Sequence record: OQ722176.1
Strand: one strand, 5' to 3'
Length of the DNA: 64,000 nucleotides
This document shows positions 45,222-58,111 of this stretch, piece after piece. Within the stretch, counting starts at the first letter, position 1; every line of letters starts with the position of its first letter. The position numbers and the translations under genes are program-made. The notes under the pieces are model-generated. The model was not told the origin of the DNA, ran no database searches, and saw only the letters and a program-made list of their open reading frames with translations.

Positions 45222-45307
45222 GAGCGAAGCGGCAGAATGGAAAGAGGCGGAAAAATTCCGTCTCATCTTAGTAGTATTAGGGGTTTTAGTGAACTTAGAG
45301 ATATTAG
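45222..45307. repeat. Intergenic ~88-bp element, copy 2 (inverted)
   Basis: Reverse complement of 19278-19365. Confidence 0.85.
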
Positions 45308-45398
45308 TATTATTAGTATTAAATACTTGTTTAAACCCGTGAATGTAACTGCTATTATTAACGCATAAAGACAATCCCTCCTTGATCCTTTGTATTGC

Positions 45399-45406
45399 TA
45401 TAAATA
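45399..45406 (+). promoter_or_regulatory. Late promoter
   Basis: TATAAATA upstream of wac. Confidence 0.75.
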
Positions 45407-45445
45407 GTAGTAAGCTATGTTCATTTACAATACAAGGGAACAAAA

Positions 45446-47128
45446 ATGACAATTCAAAAGCCTATCATAGCAGAGCTTAGATATGTAAATGGTCAACCAG
45501 ATCCTTCTCAACGTCCCGATCAAACTCGAATTAACTGGGCTAAGAATGGCGAAAGCATCAACGGTGCTTCTGGTGACACTGTTTCTGACGGTGTGTTAAA
45601 CCGCGCAGGAGTACAGATTCAAGAAAACGTTCTAAACTCTCACAACAACACAAAATCACAACAAGCAGCTATTGAAGAATTAGTTGATACTGTTAACGAA
45701 TTAACGGGTGGCGGTGACGCTAACCTTGGTGCTCGTGTAACTCAAAATGAGTTCGATATTGACGTTCTTGAGAATCAGTTTGCCGATCTTCAAACAAACG
45801 TTGGTGTTGCTAGTACAGTTGATGTTATCGCTACTGGTCTACATCGTACAGTAGAAGACATCGAAGCTGATATTGGCACTCGAAATGTCAACGACATTCC
45901 TAACGACGTTGAGAACAACGATACAATTCGAAAAGATTTGTATTTCATCAAACGTCGCATTGGTAATGACCGTAACTATGACGTGAACGGTAACTTGTCG
46001 CCAAGTACAAACCCGACTGGTATGAAATATCAAATCGAAGATCTGTACAACAAAACTGCGACTATCAATGCCGAAATTGGTGAGAACGCGATCCCATTGA
46101 CTATTAACGGTCGCTTGTATGATCTTGAGCAGAATTCACAAGTCGGTGCGATTTCAGATATTCGTGATGAAATTGGTGATGCAGTTGACGCAGACCCAGG
46201 CCGTTCGATTTACTTGCGTCTTGACGACGCTGAAAGCGCAGTTAGCGATAATACTTCAGACATTGCATTGCTGCAACAAGAAGTTGAAGCACCTACAACT
46301 GGTCTGATCGACCGTGTCACTGCGAATGAGCAATCAATTTCAGATACAAACACTCAAGTTGGTATTAACGTACAAGCAACGACTGATATTTCAGCCGATA
46401 TTGGCTCTTACTCAGTGGGTGATGTATACGCAGGTACAGTGAAAGCTCGTCTATCGACGTTTAACACCGATATTTCGAACTTATGGAGTCGTCTTGGGGC
46501 TACTGACGCAGAGACCGGCACAATCTCATACAGAGTCACTTCGCTCGAAGCGAGTCTGGGTGATCGTGATAGTCCGGTTGAATTCACAGCATGGTACAGC
46601 ATTCAAGAAAACCGCGGGCTGATCGATTCTGCTCAATCGGATGTTGACGGTCTATTGACTGTAGTTGGTCAATCAGATGATGAGGTTGGTACTTTGCGTG
46701 CTCGTGTTCTTGAGCTAGAAGCTCGTGCAGACTACGCACTGATCACATCAGATACGCCAGCAACAGTTGTTATGCCGACTACGCCTACTGACGTGTTCAG
46801 CTTGTTCAACTCAGTTTCTGACACAACTGGTTTCACATTTACTGGTGGGGTTATTACTCGCGAAGGTCTTGACTTCAAGAAGCCTCTTGTAATCAACTGG
46901 ATTATGGTTTCACCTACTGCGACGACTGTGACTATTCGTATTGATATTCTTCACGATGACATGAGCAACGAATCGTTTGAATCAACACGTACACTACGTG
47001 CGGGCGTTGTTACACCAGTTACAATCCCAGCGATTGCAGATCTTCACGACCTGTCAGAGATTCGTATCTACGCTCATACAGATGATGCGGTAACAATTGA
47101 ACACGAATCATTTGTTATGAAACTTTAA
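45446..47128 (+). CDS. wac: Fibritin (whisker)
   Basis: YVNGQP...RINW.KNGE...GA N-terminus; long coiled coil; no C-terminal foldon recognisable. Confidence 0.85.
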   Translation: MTIQKPIIAELRYVNGQPDPSQRPDQTRINWAKNGESINGASGDTVSDGVLNRAGVQIQENVLNSHNNTKSQQAAIEELVDTVNELTGGGDANLGARVTQNEFDIDVLENQFADLQTNVGVASTVDVIATGLHRTVEDIEADIGTRNVNDIPNDVENNDTIRKDLYFIKRRIGNDRNYDVNGNLSPSTNPTGMKYQIEDLYNKTATINAEIGENAIPLTINGRLYDLEQNSQVGAISDIRDEIGDAVDADPGRSIYLRLDDAESAVSDNTSDIALLQQEVEAPTTGLIDRVTANEQSISDTNTQVGINVQATTDISADIGSYSVGDVYAGTVKARLSTFNTDISNLWSRLGATDAETGTISYRVTSLEASLGDRDSPVEFTAWYSIQENRGLIDSAQSDVDGLLTVVGQSDDEVGTLRARVLELEARADYALITSDTPATVVMPTTPTDVFSLFNSVSDTTGFTFTGGVITREGLDFKKPLVINWIMVSPTATTVTIRIDILHDDMSNESFESTRTLRAGVVTPVTIPAIADLHDLSEIRIYAHTDDAVTIEHESFVMKL

Positions 47129-47140
47129 TAGGGGGCAACT

Positions 47141-48064
47141 ATGCAAGCGTATAACGCTACATCGCCTCGTGAAATGAAAGACTTGATTTTAAGGCGCCTT
47201 GGTGCGCCTATTGTCAACGTTGAAGTATCTGAAGATCAGGTATACGACTGTATTTCACGTGCGCTAGAACTTTACATTGAATATCATCCAGACGGCGTGA
47301 ATAAGACATATTCTATCATTTCGCTGACTGAAGAGCAAGCACAGACTGGTATCATCAATTTAGATATTCCAGCAACTGCAATTACTAAAATCTTGCGTGC
47401 TGAAAGTACGTTCTTCACTCTAGATGGTAACGCGACATACTCTTGGTTTAGTGACTTCTTGCAGGGGCTTGCAGGCGGTCCCGGTGCTGGTTCGTGTAAC
47501 TCATATCATCAAGGTATGCTAGGTCAGGGTAGTCTTAGCGATTATTGGAACTTGATGTCATACAAGAACATGTTGAGCGATTTACTTTCGCCTGAATATG
47601 ACTATTGGTACAATGGCGTCAATAAACAATTGCGCGTGAACGCAAACTTGAAAGTTGGTGATTTGATCGTAGTTGAAGCATTTGTTCCTAGCGCATTGCT
47701 AGTATCTGAATCAGCAACTGGTATCATTGGTAACAAAGCAGCGACAATCGGTTCGTATGAAGATACGACTGCTCAAGAACGTTGGGATGACCCGTATAGC
47801 ATATTGCGCCAGAACAACACAATCGGTAACCCTAATCAGTTTGCCGAGCAGAATGCATATTCTGTGCGTTGGGTTAAAGACATGGCAACTGCTATGACTA
47901 AACAAATGAACGGCGTGATCTTGAAGAAACACCAAGGTCTACAATTGCCAGGTGGTATCACAGTTGACGGTAAAGAGATCTACGACGAAGCTACTCAAGA
48001 AATGGAGAGGCTACGCGAAGAGCTAATGTCATTGACTGTTCCGCTTGGTGTATTCATGGGGTGA
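47141..48064 (+). CDS. 13: Neck protein gp13
   Basis: ILRRLGAPIVNVEV...Q; LPGGITVDG. Confidence 0.9.
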   Translation: MQAYNATSPREMKDLILRRLGAPIVNVEVSEDQVYDCISRALELYIEYHPDGVNKTYSIISLTEEQAQTGIINLDIPATAITKILRAESTFFTLDGNATYSWFSDFLQGLAGGPGAGSCNSYHQGMLGQGSLSDYWNLMSYKNMLSDLLSPEYDYWYNGVNKQLRVNANLKVGDLIVVEAFVPSALLVSESATGIIGNKAATIGSYEDTTAQERWDDPYSILRQNNTIGNPNQFAEQNAYSVRWVKDMATAMTKQMNGVILKKHQGLQLPGGITVDGKEIYDEATQEMERLREELMSLTVPLGVFMG

Positions 48065-48067
48065 TTT

Positions 48068-48904
48068 ATGAGCGCATACGACACTAACTCAGGTGGTATG
48101 TTCGCTAAATTGGAAAGTCAAAAGGGGTTTGACAAGATCTATGATGAGCATCTTGTCAACCCGTACTTCAATTGGGTGAAACATACAAATGAGCAGAATC
48201 TAACTGACATGCTTGTTGCAGAGGCAATCATCAACCGTGGTGTTGAGTGTGTGTATCTGCGTAGAGAAATGGAAAAGGTCGATCTTGTATTCGGCGAAGA
48301 TCCTTTGAGTAAATTTACTCAAAACTTCAGAATGGCTCTTTACGTTGAGTCGTTTGAGGGTTGGGATGGCGATGGAGATTGGTACAGCAAATTTGGGTTT
48401 CAAGTTAACGATGAAATGAATGTTTGTATCAACCCGAAATTATTCGCGCAACAAGGTGACGGGAAACAGCCGTTAATGGGCGATTTGATTTACTTCCCTC
48501 TTGCTAATTCTCTATTTGAGATTAGTTGGATTGAGAGAGAAGATCCGTGGTATATGAATGGCGTCTTGCCAATGCGCAAGATGAAAATGACTAAATTCGT
48601 GTACTCTGGTGAAGAAATCAATCTTGAGAAGCCAGACGCGGTTATTGATTCAATCGACGACTTATTAAACTTTGGATCAGACACTGACGAAATGATTGAT
48701 ATTGACAGAATCAATGCACTTGACGGTCGATGGGATATTGGCATCGAGCAAGGCGAGGAAATCACTCAAATCGAAGATGAAGTTGATAAATTCTACGAAG
48801 GTGAGCAAGTTGTTCCTCACGGTAGTGATATTCAACCGACTGACCCACGTCAAGCGACGATTGGCTTTAATGTAAATAACAGTAATCCATTCGACAGTTT
48901 TTAA
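48068..48904 (+). CDS. 14: Neck protein gp14
   Basis: VNPYFNW; LVAEAI..RG; GDLIYFP..NSLFEI. Confidence 0.9.
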   Translation: MSAYDTNSGGMFAKLESQKGFDKIYDEHLVNPYFNWVKHTNEQNLTDMLVAEAIINRGVECVYLRREMEKVDLVFGEDPLSKFTQNFRMALYVESFEGWDGDGDWYSKFGFQVNDEMNVCINPKLFAQQGDGKQPLMGDLIYFPLANSLFEISWIEREDPWYMNGVLPMRKMKMTKFVYSGEEINLEKPDAVIDSIDDLLNFGSDTDEMIDIDRINALDGRWDIGIEQGEEITQIEDEVDKFYEGEQVVPHGSDIQPTDPRQATIGFNVNNSNPFDSF

Positions 48905-48913
48905 GGGGGCATC

Positions 48914-50224
48914 GTGAAAGGGTATTTCTATCACAGATCGATACGAAAATACGTTCTCTTGATGGGAAACTTGTTCTCTAACATATACGTGTCTCGCGGA
49001 GACGGGTATAGAAAGGTGCCAATAACAGTTTCATCAAAGGAGCACTTTGTTGCTTCTTTGAATAGTCAAGAGCTTAACGGCGACGGCAGTGTGGCTAATG
49101 TAGCTACAATGCTACCAAGAATTGGCTTGGACATGGTCTCGTGTACGTATGACGCCACGAGAAAAACTAACATTGCAAATCGTAAGCTGACGCGAGACTA
49201 CACGGGAGACCGACCAAAGTCGAACAAGTTATTCAACCCTGTCCCTTACGACTTCGAATTTGAAGTGAGCGTGTATACGCGACATCAAGACGATGCATTT
49301 CAGATTATAGAACAGATACTGCCATACTTTCAACCTCAATTCAACACAATGATCAAAGAACTTGATGAGAATGAGGTTGTAGTAGATCAGCGTGACATTC
49401 CGATTATCTTAGAATCAGCAACACCCGAGACTACGTTCGAAGGCGCTGCGGGTGATATGAGACACATCGAATGGACGCTGAACTTGCGCATGAAAGGTTG
49501 GTTATACCCGCCTACAAATGCTCAATTTGGCGAAATTAGAACAATTTACTTGAATTTCAATGATGAAGAGCAAGTTATCATTCATGCAGAGCGTGAGCCG
49601 GTTACAAGTACGCACGATATTCTTTGGAATGTTCGTTCAGAAGTTGAATCGCTTACTACGTTCGGATGGCGATACAGCGTTGATAGTCTATACGGTATCA
49701 CTTGGAATACTCGTGAGATCATCACAGATGAGCTTGATATTAATTGGAATCGTCGATTCAGCATTACAGATACATTAATGATCGATTGGGCAACCCGTTC
49801 ATTGATTGATTCTGATTTGTCAATTGATTGGTCAGTTCGTGATTTTGCTGCGAATGAAAATGCACTAGCATGGGATATTCGTAGTGATATTGATGCGACG
49901 TATGTAGCCGATTGGGGCACTACGCCAATTGCATCGAATGAACTTGACATCGACTGGTTAGTTCGTAGTTCAGTTGAGACAATCAACGACATTGACTGGG
50001 GTTCTGGAATATATGTTGAAAGCGTAAATTCAATTGATTGGTCAGTTCGTGCAGAAACATCAGATACGCTTGATGTAGATTGGTCAGTTCGTTCAGATCT
50101 ATCAGCAACGACTGATATTAACTACAACATGTCTTCAGAAGTGACAAGTACTTACGAGATCTACTACGCTCCAGGTGCAATAGCATGGAACTTCAACGAC
50201 ATATCGTACAACATTGAAAACTAA
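48914..50224 (+). CDS. 15: Tail terminator gp15 with ~200-aa repetitive C-terminal extension
   Basis: YFYHRSIRKY...GNLF; QIIEQILPYFQP; then IDWSVRS-type repeats. Confidence 0.85.
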   Translation: MKGYFYHRSIRKYVLLMGNLFSNIYVSRGDGYRKVPITVSSKEHFVASLNSQELNGDGSVANVATMLPRIGLDMVSCTYDATRKTNIANRKLTRDYTGDRPKSNKLFNPVPYDFEFEVSVYTRHQDDAFQIIEQILPYFQPQFNTMIKELDENEVVVDQRDIPIILESATPETTFEGAAGDMRHIEWTLNLRMKGWLYPPTNAQFGEIRTIYLNFNDEEQVIIHAEREPVTSTHDILWNVRSEVESLTTFGWRYSVDSLYGITWNTREIITDELDINWNRRFSITDTLMIDWATRSLIDSDLSIDWSVRDFAANENALAWDIRSDIDATYVADWGTTPIASNELDIDWLVRSSVETINDIDWGSGIYVESVNSIDWSVRAETSDTLDVDWSVRSDLSATTDINYNMSSEVTSTYEIYYAPGAIAWNFNDISYNIEN

Positions 50225-50278
50225 TATGAATGGTCTTCTAAATATGAAGACCATCCTTATCTTTTTGGAGAGATAACA

Positions 50279-50827
50279 ATGCCTATCGTAACAGGTGATT
50301 TAAAATTTAACAAAAGTCTGCACGTCGTTGCAGCGGGACCGGGTAATGGCAACACGCACGATCTTGAAATTGATTCACTAGGTGGCGGCATTAGCTCTAC
50401 CGAGTTGGTTTCAGGTGCATTACACGATCTTTTTGACGCGGTACCATCAGCGGAAGCGGCTTCTGGTCGTGTTGAGTATCGTTTGATTTACGTACAAAAC
50501 ACTCACGCGACGTTGACATTATATGACGCGAAGATCTTCATGTTCTCGAATACGGCATCGCCAGATTCGTTGATTGAAATCGGTCTAGATCCAGTAGCTG
50601 GAAACGGCGATGATTCATTGATTCTACTTGATGATGAAGTCGATTCTGGTGGTGATCTAGCAGCGGTTGTATTCGGTGCGCATTCTGACTTTGCAAATGG
50701 TCTTGACATCGGCAACTTAGCAGCCGGTGAACAGCGTGCAGTTTGGATTCGTCGTACAATCGAAGCAGGTGCAGCGGCAGCAAATGAGACAGCATCAATC
50801 TCATTGCGCGGTGACACTGACGCTTAA
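50279..50827 (+). CDS. Hypothetical, probably virion-associated
   Basis: DLFDAV...EA.SG.VEYR.IYV.N motif; located in late operon. Confidence 0.7.
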   Translation: MPIVTGDLKFNKSLHVVAAGPGNGNTHDLEIDSLGGGISSTELVSGALHDLFDAVPSAEAASGRVEYRLIYVQNTHATLTLYDAKIFMFSNTASPDSLIEIGLDPVAGNGDDSLILLDDEVDSGGDLAAVVFGAHSDFANGLDIGNLAAGEQRAVWIRRTIEAGAAAANETASISLRGDTDA

Positions 50828-50937
50828 TCGCTTATTGAACGCTGTGTGCAGCTCGTACGCAGCGTTTGTCTATTGTATTGAGTGTTTGTACTCATATTAT
50901 TGTAAAGACGCTTACAGAGCGTTTTAGAGAGGAACGT

Positions 50938-53242
<2,305 letters not shown>

Positions 53243-53243
53243 T

Positions 53244-53251
53244 TATAAATA
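53244..53251 (+). promoter_or_regulatory. Late promoter
   Basis: TATAAATA upstream of gene 18. Confidence 0.75.
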
Positions 53252-53288
53252 TTGAATGAACAAACAACTTAATGGTAAGGAAAAATAA

Positions 53289-55304
53289 ATGACTCTTTTA
53301 TCTCCGGGCATCGAAAATAAAGAGATTAACCTTGCAAGTGCTATTGGTCGTGCGGCAACGGGTCGTGCAGCAATGGTGGGGAAATTTGAGTGGGGTCCAG
53401 CTTACAGCATCACTCAGGTAACTTCAGAGTCTGACTTGGTTACTATTTTCGGTCGTCCAAACGACTATACCGCAGCTTCATTCATGACTGCAAACAACTT
53501 CTTGAAGTACGGTAACGACCTGCGTTTGGTTCGTATCTGTGATGAATCTTCTGCACAGAACGCGACACCGCTTTACAACGCAGTAGAATACACGATTGGT
53601 GCTTCAAACGGTTGTGTTGTTGGTGATGAAATCACTATCACTTACTCAGGCGTGGGTTCACTTACTGAGAAAGGCGTGGTTCTTGAAGTTGACGCAGGAA
53701 ACAACAACGCTGCATCGAAGATTTTCTTGCCATCGGCTGAGATCGTTGCTGCTGCAAAAGCTGACGGTAACTACCCAGGTGTAGGTACAGTGACGCTTCA
53801 ACCAACACAAGGTGACATTGCTCTAACGAACATTGAAATCATCGACAAGGGTTCAGTTTACTTCCCTAATATCGAGCTTGCTTTTGATGCGCTAACAGCA
53901 ATCGAAACTGAAGGCGGCGACTTGAAATATGCTGATCTTATCGAGAAGCAAGCTTTCCCTCGTCTGTCTGCTCGTTACGTAGGTGACTTCGGTGATGCAA
54001 TCTCAGTAGAGATCATCAACTACGCTGACTACCAAACTGCATTCGCGTTTGCAGCGGGTCATACACTAGGCGACGTTGAACTGCCAATCTACCCAGATGG
54101 GGGCACACGTTCAATCAACCTGAATAGTTACTTCACATTCGGTCCAGCAAACAGCAATCAATACGCTGTAGTTGTTCGCGTATCGGGTGAAGTTGAAGAA
54201 GCGTTCATCGTTTCAACTAGCGCAGGTGACAAAGACGTTAACGGTCAATCTATCTTCATCGACGAGTTCTTTGAAAATAGCGGTTCTGCTTACATCACTG
54301 CTATCGCAGAGGGTTGGAAAGCTGAATCAGGTGCATACAACTTCGGTGGTGGTTACGACGCTAACGCAGGTGCTGACGACTGGCTATTTGGTCTAGACAT
54401 GCTATCTGACCCAGAAGTTCTTTACGCGAACTTGATCATTGCGGGTAACGCTGCGGCTGAAGAAGTTTCAATTGCTTCAACTGTTCAGAAATACGCAATC
54501 GACTCAGTTGGTAACGTTCGTCAAGACTGTGTGGTATTCGTATCTCCGCCTCAATCAATGATCGTTAACAAGCAAGCACACGTTGCAGTTGCTAACATTC
54601 AGGGATGGCGTACAGGTATTGACCCAACTAACGGTCAGCCAGTCGTAGACAACTTGAACGTAAGCACAACTTATGCGGTAATCGACGGCAACTATAAGTA
54701 TCAGTACGACAAGTACAACGACCGCAATCGCTGGGTACCACTAGCGGGTGATATTGCTGGTCTATGTGCGTACACCGACCAAGTATCTCAACCTTGGATG
54801 TCGCCTGCGGGCTTCAACCGTGGTCAGATCAAGGGTGTGAATCGTCTTGCAGTTGACCTACGTCGTGCTCATCGTGACGCGCTATACCAAATCGGTATTA
54901 ACCCAGTAGTGGGCTTTGCAGGACAAGGCTTCGTACTGTACGGTGATAAGACTGCTACACAACAAGCAAGTGCATTTGACCGCATTAACGTGCGTCGTCT
55001 GTTTAACTTGCTGAAGAAAGCGATCTCTGATTCTGCTAAGTACCGTCTATTTGAATTGAACGATGAGTTCACACGCTCAAGCTTCAAATCAGAAATCGAC
55101 GCATACTTGACTAACATTCAAGATCTAGGCGGCGTGTACGACTTCCGCGTTGTGTGTGATGAGACTAACAACCCAGGTTCTGTCATCGACAGAAACGAGT
55201 TTGTAGCAAGTATCTACGTGAAACCTGCTAAGTCAATCAACTTCATTACGCTGAACTTCGTAGCAACGTCAACTGACGCTGACTTCGCAGAAATCATCGG
55301 CTAA
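53289..55304 (+). CDS. 18: Tail sheath gp18
   Basis: MTLLSPGIE; GKFEWGP; PWMSPAGFNRG; INVRRLF. Confidence 0.95.
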   Translation: MTLLSPGIENKEINLASAIGRAATGRAAMVGKFEWGPAYSITQVTSESDLVTIFGRPNDYTAASFMTANNFLKYGNDLRLVRICDESSAQNATPLYNAVEYTIGASNGCVVGDEITITYSGVGSLTEKGVVLEVDAGNNNAASKIFLPSAEIVAAAKADGNYPGVGTVTLQPTQGDIALTNIEIIDKGSVYFPNIELAFDALTAIETEGGDLKYADLIEKQAFPRLSARYVGDFGDAISVEIINYADYQTAFAFAAGHTLGDVELPIYPDGGTRSINLNSYFTFGPANSNQYAVVVRVSGEVEEAFIVSTSAGDKDVNGQSIFIDEFFENSGSAYITAIAEGWKAESGAYNFGGGYDANAGADDWLFGLDMLSDPEVLYANLIIAGNAAAEEVSIASTVQKYAIDSVGNVRQDCVVFVSPPQSMIVNKQAHVAVANIQGWRTGIDPTNGQPVVDNLNVSTTYAVIDGNYKYQYDKYNDRNRWVPLAGDIAGLCAYTDQVSQPWMSPAGFNRGQIKGVNRLAVDLRRAHRDALYQIGINPVVGFAGQGFVLYGDKTATQQASAFDRINVRRLFNLLKKAISDSAKYRLFELNDEFTRSSFKSEIDAYLTNIQDLGGVYDFRVVCDETNNPGSVIDRNEFVASIYVKPAKSINFITLNFVATSTDADFAEIIG

Positions 55305-55333
55305 GAGCAATCACAAAGGGGCAGAAATGCCCC

Positions 55334-55341
55334 TATAAATA
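55334..55341 (+). promoter_or_regulatory. Late promoter
   Basis: TATAAATA upstream of gene 19. Confidence 0.75.
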
Positions 55342-55356
55342 AAAGGTAAGAAGAAA

Positions 55357-55857
55357 ATGGCACTTAATGTAGACAACATTAAAAGAGCTTTCAGTAACGG
55401 TGATTTCGCTCGTCCGAACTTGTTCGAAGTTGAGATTCCGTATCTGGGACAGAACTTTAAGTTTCAATGTCGCGCCTCTTCAATGCCACCGGGCAGTGTT
55501 GAGAAGCTAGAAGTTTCATACCAAAACCGTAAGTACAACATTGCGGGCGACCGTACGTTCGACGATTGGAACGTGACTGTGTACAACGATGAAACTCATG
55601 ACATTCGTAAAGCAATTATGGCATGGCAAGCTCGTGCTGTAGGCTTAGGCAAAGACATTTCTGGTGAGACGCCAGATCAGTACAAACGTACTGGTACAAT
55701 CACTCAGTTAGACCGTAACGGCGATCCGACGACTACGGCGACTGTTTACGGGATTTTCCCGACTGTGGTAGGCGAAATTGCGCTTGACTGGGACTCAAAC
55801 AACGAAATCGAAACGTTTGAAGTTACATTCAGCCTAGACTACTTCACATTAGATTAA
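55357..55857 (+). CDS. 19: Tail tube gp19
   Basis: GDFARPNLFEVEI; AGDRTFDDW.VTVYND. Confidence 0.95.
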   Translation: MALNVDNIKRAFSNGDFARPNLFEVEIPYLGQNFKFQCRASSMPPGSVEKLEVSYQNRKYNIAGDRTFDDWNVTVYNDETHDIRKAIMAWQARAVGLGKDISGETPDQYKRTGTITQLDRNGDPTTTATVYGIFPTVVGEIALDWDSNNEIETFEVTFSLDYFTLD

Positions 55858-55895
55858 GAACTTTAGGGGCGCAAGCCCCTTTATTGAGGTAAAAT

Positions 55896-57443
55896 ATGTT
55901 AGAATTTATGAAGTTCTGGACAAAAGAAGAAGAGCAGGACATCCAACAGATTGAGAAAAATCCAGTTCGTTCGTTCTCTGCGCCAGATAACGTAGATGGT
56001 GCTAAAGAGATTCATACTAACTTATTAGCACCTCAACTTGGTCATGCTGCGATTCCCTCCGACATTCAAGGTGAAGGTACTGTTTCAGTTAAAGAACTGA
56101 TCAAGGGATACCGCGCACTAGCAGAATATCACGAAGTCGATGATGCTATTCAAGAAATCGTCGATGAAGCAATCGTTTATGAAAACGATAAAGAAGTTGT
56201 ATGGCTTAACTTAGATAATACAGACTTCTCAGAAAATATCAAGACAAAGATCAATGAAGAATTCGACCGAGTTGTCGGCTTGCTTCAAATGCGTAAGCAT
56301 GGTTACAAGTGGTTCAGAAAGTGGTATGTTGACTCACGAATCTATTTCCACAAGATCTTAGATAAAGATAACAACATTATTGAATTGCGCCCACTCAACC
56401 CGATGAAAATGGAGTTGGTTCGCGAGATTCAGAAAGAAACAATTGAAGGCGTAGAAGTTGTAAAAGGCACGCTTGAATACTACGTGTATAAGCAGTCTGA
56501 TTACAAAATGCCGTCATGGATGAGCGCAACAAACCGTGCTCAAACATCATTCAGAATTCCTAAAGATGCAATCGTATTTGCTCACAGTGGGCTAATGCGT
56601 GGTTGTGCAGACGATCCGTATATTATCGGCTATCTTGATCGTGCGATCAAGCCTGCAAACCAGTTGAAGATGCTAGAAGATGCGTTGGTAATCTATCGTC
56701 TAGCTCGTGCGCCAGAACGTCGTGTATTCTATGTTGACGTTGGTAACTTACCTACTCAAAAAGCGCAGCAATACGTAAATGGCATCATGCAAAACGTTAA
56801 AAACCGTGTAGTTTACGATACAACTACTGGTCAAGTTAAGAACACGACTAACGCAATGTCGATGCTTGAAGACTACTACCTACCGCGTCGTGAAGGCTCG
56901 AAAGGTACTGAAGTAAGCACGCTGCCAGGCGGTCAATCGCTAGGCGATATTGAAGACGTTCTGTACTTCAACCGTAAGCTGTATAAAGCAATGCGTATTC
57001 CAACCTCGCGTGCGGCGTCTGAAGATCAGACGGGTGGTATTAACTTTGGTCAAGGCGCTGAAATTACTCGTGATGAATTGAAGTTTACTAAATTCGTAAA
57101 ACGTTTGCAAACTAAATTTGAAACTGTAATTACTGACCCTCTTAAACATCAGTTGATTGTCAATAACATCATTACTGAGGAAGAGTGGGATGCTAACTAC
57201 GAAAAAATCTATGTAGTATTCAACCAAGATTCGTATTTCGAAGAATCGAAAGAATTAGAGATACTAAATAGTCGTATGAATGCAATGCGAGACCTGCAAG
57301 AATATGCCGGTAAATATTACAGTCATAAATACATTCAGAAGAACATTTTACGTTTGTCTGACGATCAAATCACTGCAATGCAGAATGAAATTGATGAAGA
57401 AGAGACAAACCCACGATTCCAACCAGACGATCACGGATTTTAA
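55896..57443 (+). CDS. 20: Portal protein gp20
   Basis: DALVIYRLARAPERRVFYVDVGNLP; ITRDELKF. Confidence 0.95.
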   Translation: MLEFMKFWTKEEEQDIQQIEKNPVRSFSAPDNVDGAKEIHTNLLAPQLGHAAIPSDIQGEGTVSVKELIKGYRALAEYHEVDDAIQEIVDEAIVYENDKEVVWLNLDNTDFSENIKTKINEEFDRVVGLLQMRKHGYKWFRKWYVDSRIYFHKILDKDNNIIELRPLNPMKMELVREIQKETIEGVEVVKGTLEYYVYKQSDYKMPSWMSATNRAQTSFRIPKDAIVFAHSGLMRGCADDPYIIGYLDRAIKPANQLKMLEDALVIYRLARAPERRVFYVDVGNLPTQKAQQYVNGIMQNVKNRVVYDTTTGQVKNTTNAMSMLEDYYLPRREGSKGTEVSTLPGGQSLGDIEDVLYFNRKLYKAMRIPTSRAASEDQTGGINFGQGAEITRDELKFTKFVKRLQTKFETVITDPLKHQLIVNNIITEEEWDANYEKIYVVFNQDSYFEESKELEILNSRMNAMRDLQEYAGKYYSHKYIQKNILRLSDDQITAMQNEIDEEETNPRFQPDDHGF

Positions 57444-57456
57444 GAGGTAGCACATT

Positions 57457-57624
57457 ATGGGCTTAGAAACAATGGTAGCAGCGGCACGCGACGGTAAACT
57501 AGCAGATTTTGAAGCGCAATTCCGCCAAGAAATCGGGCAACGTGTAGCGGCTCGCATTGACGACATGAAGCAAGAACTTGGTCGTTCAATCAAAGTAGAC
57601 GGTGAAATCAATCAGGAGGACTAA
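57457..57624 (+). CDS. 67: Prohead core protein gp67 (55 aa)
   Basis: Manual translation MGLETMVAAARDGKLADFEAQF...; synteny; below ORF-track cutoff. Confidence 0.75.
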   Translation: MGLETMVAAARDGKLADFEAQFRQEIGQRVAARIDDMKQELGRSIKVDGEINQED

Positions 57625-58109
57625 TGAAGTTCATTTCCGAAGCCGTTCAAGATAAGATGGTAGAAGACTTGGTTGAAGCAGTACTTGACGGTCACTTAGA
57701 TCGTCAAGATATTAGCGACACGATCAAGGCATTTGCCGAAGCTGAAGACATTGGGGTTCATAGCAACGCTGAGATTACAAACTCGGTGAATGTTGTGCTT
57801 GATGCGATTAGTTCTCTTGAAGACGGATTATCATTTGAAGAAGTTTGCGAAAAGTTCAATCTGAACGAACGCATGGTTAAAAGCGTATCTGTAGGTCGTC
57901 AAAAATTGGGCGGGCCACTGATTAAACGTCAAAAAGACCGTGAGACGCGCAAACGAAAAGCAACACAAACAACGGGTCTAAGTAAGTCGAAGCGTGTTAA
58001 AACTGCTCGTAAAGCAGCTAGAACGCGCAAGCGCGACGTTTCAGGTAAACGCATTGCGAATAAGAAGCGTAAAAAATCGCTTAAAAAACGCAAACAACTA
58101 GGACTTTAA
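57624..58109 (+). CDS. 68: Prohead core protein gp68
   Basis: Acidic N-terminus, LNE, K/R-rich C-terminus; synteny. Confidence 0.8.
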   Translation: MKFISEAVQDKMVEDLVEAVLDGHLDRQDISDTIKAFAEAEDIGVHSNAEITNSVNVVLDAISSLEDGLSFEEVCEKFNLNERMVKSVSVGRQKLGGPLIKRQKDRETRKRKATQTTGLSKSKRVKTARKAARTRKRDVSGKRIANKKRKKSLKKRKQLGL

Positions 58110-58111
58110 TT

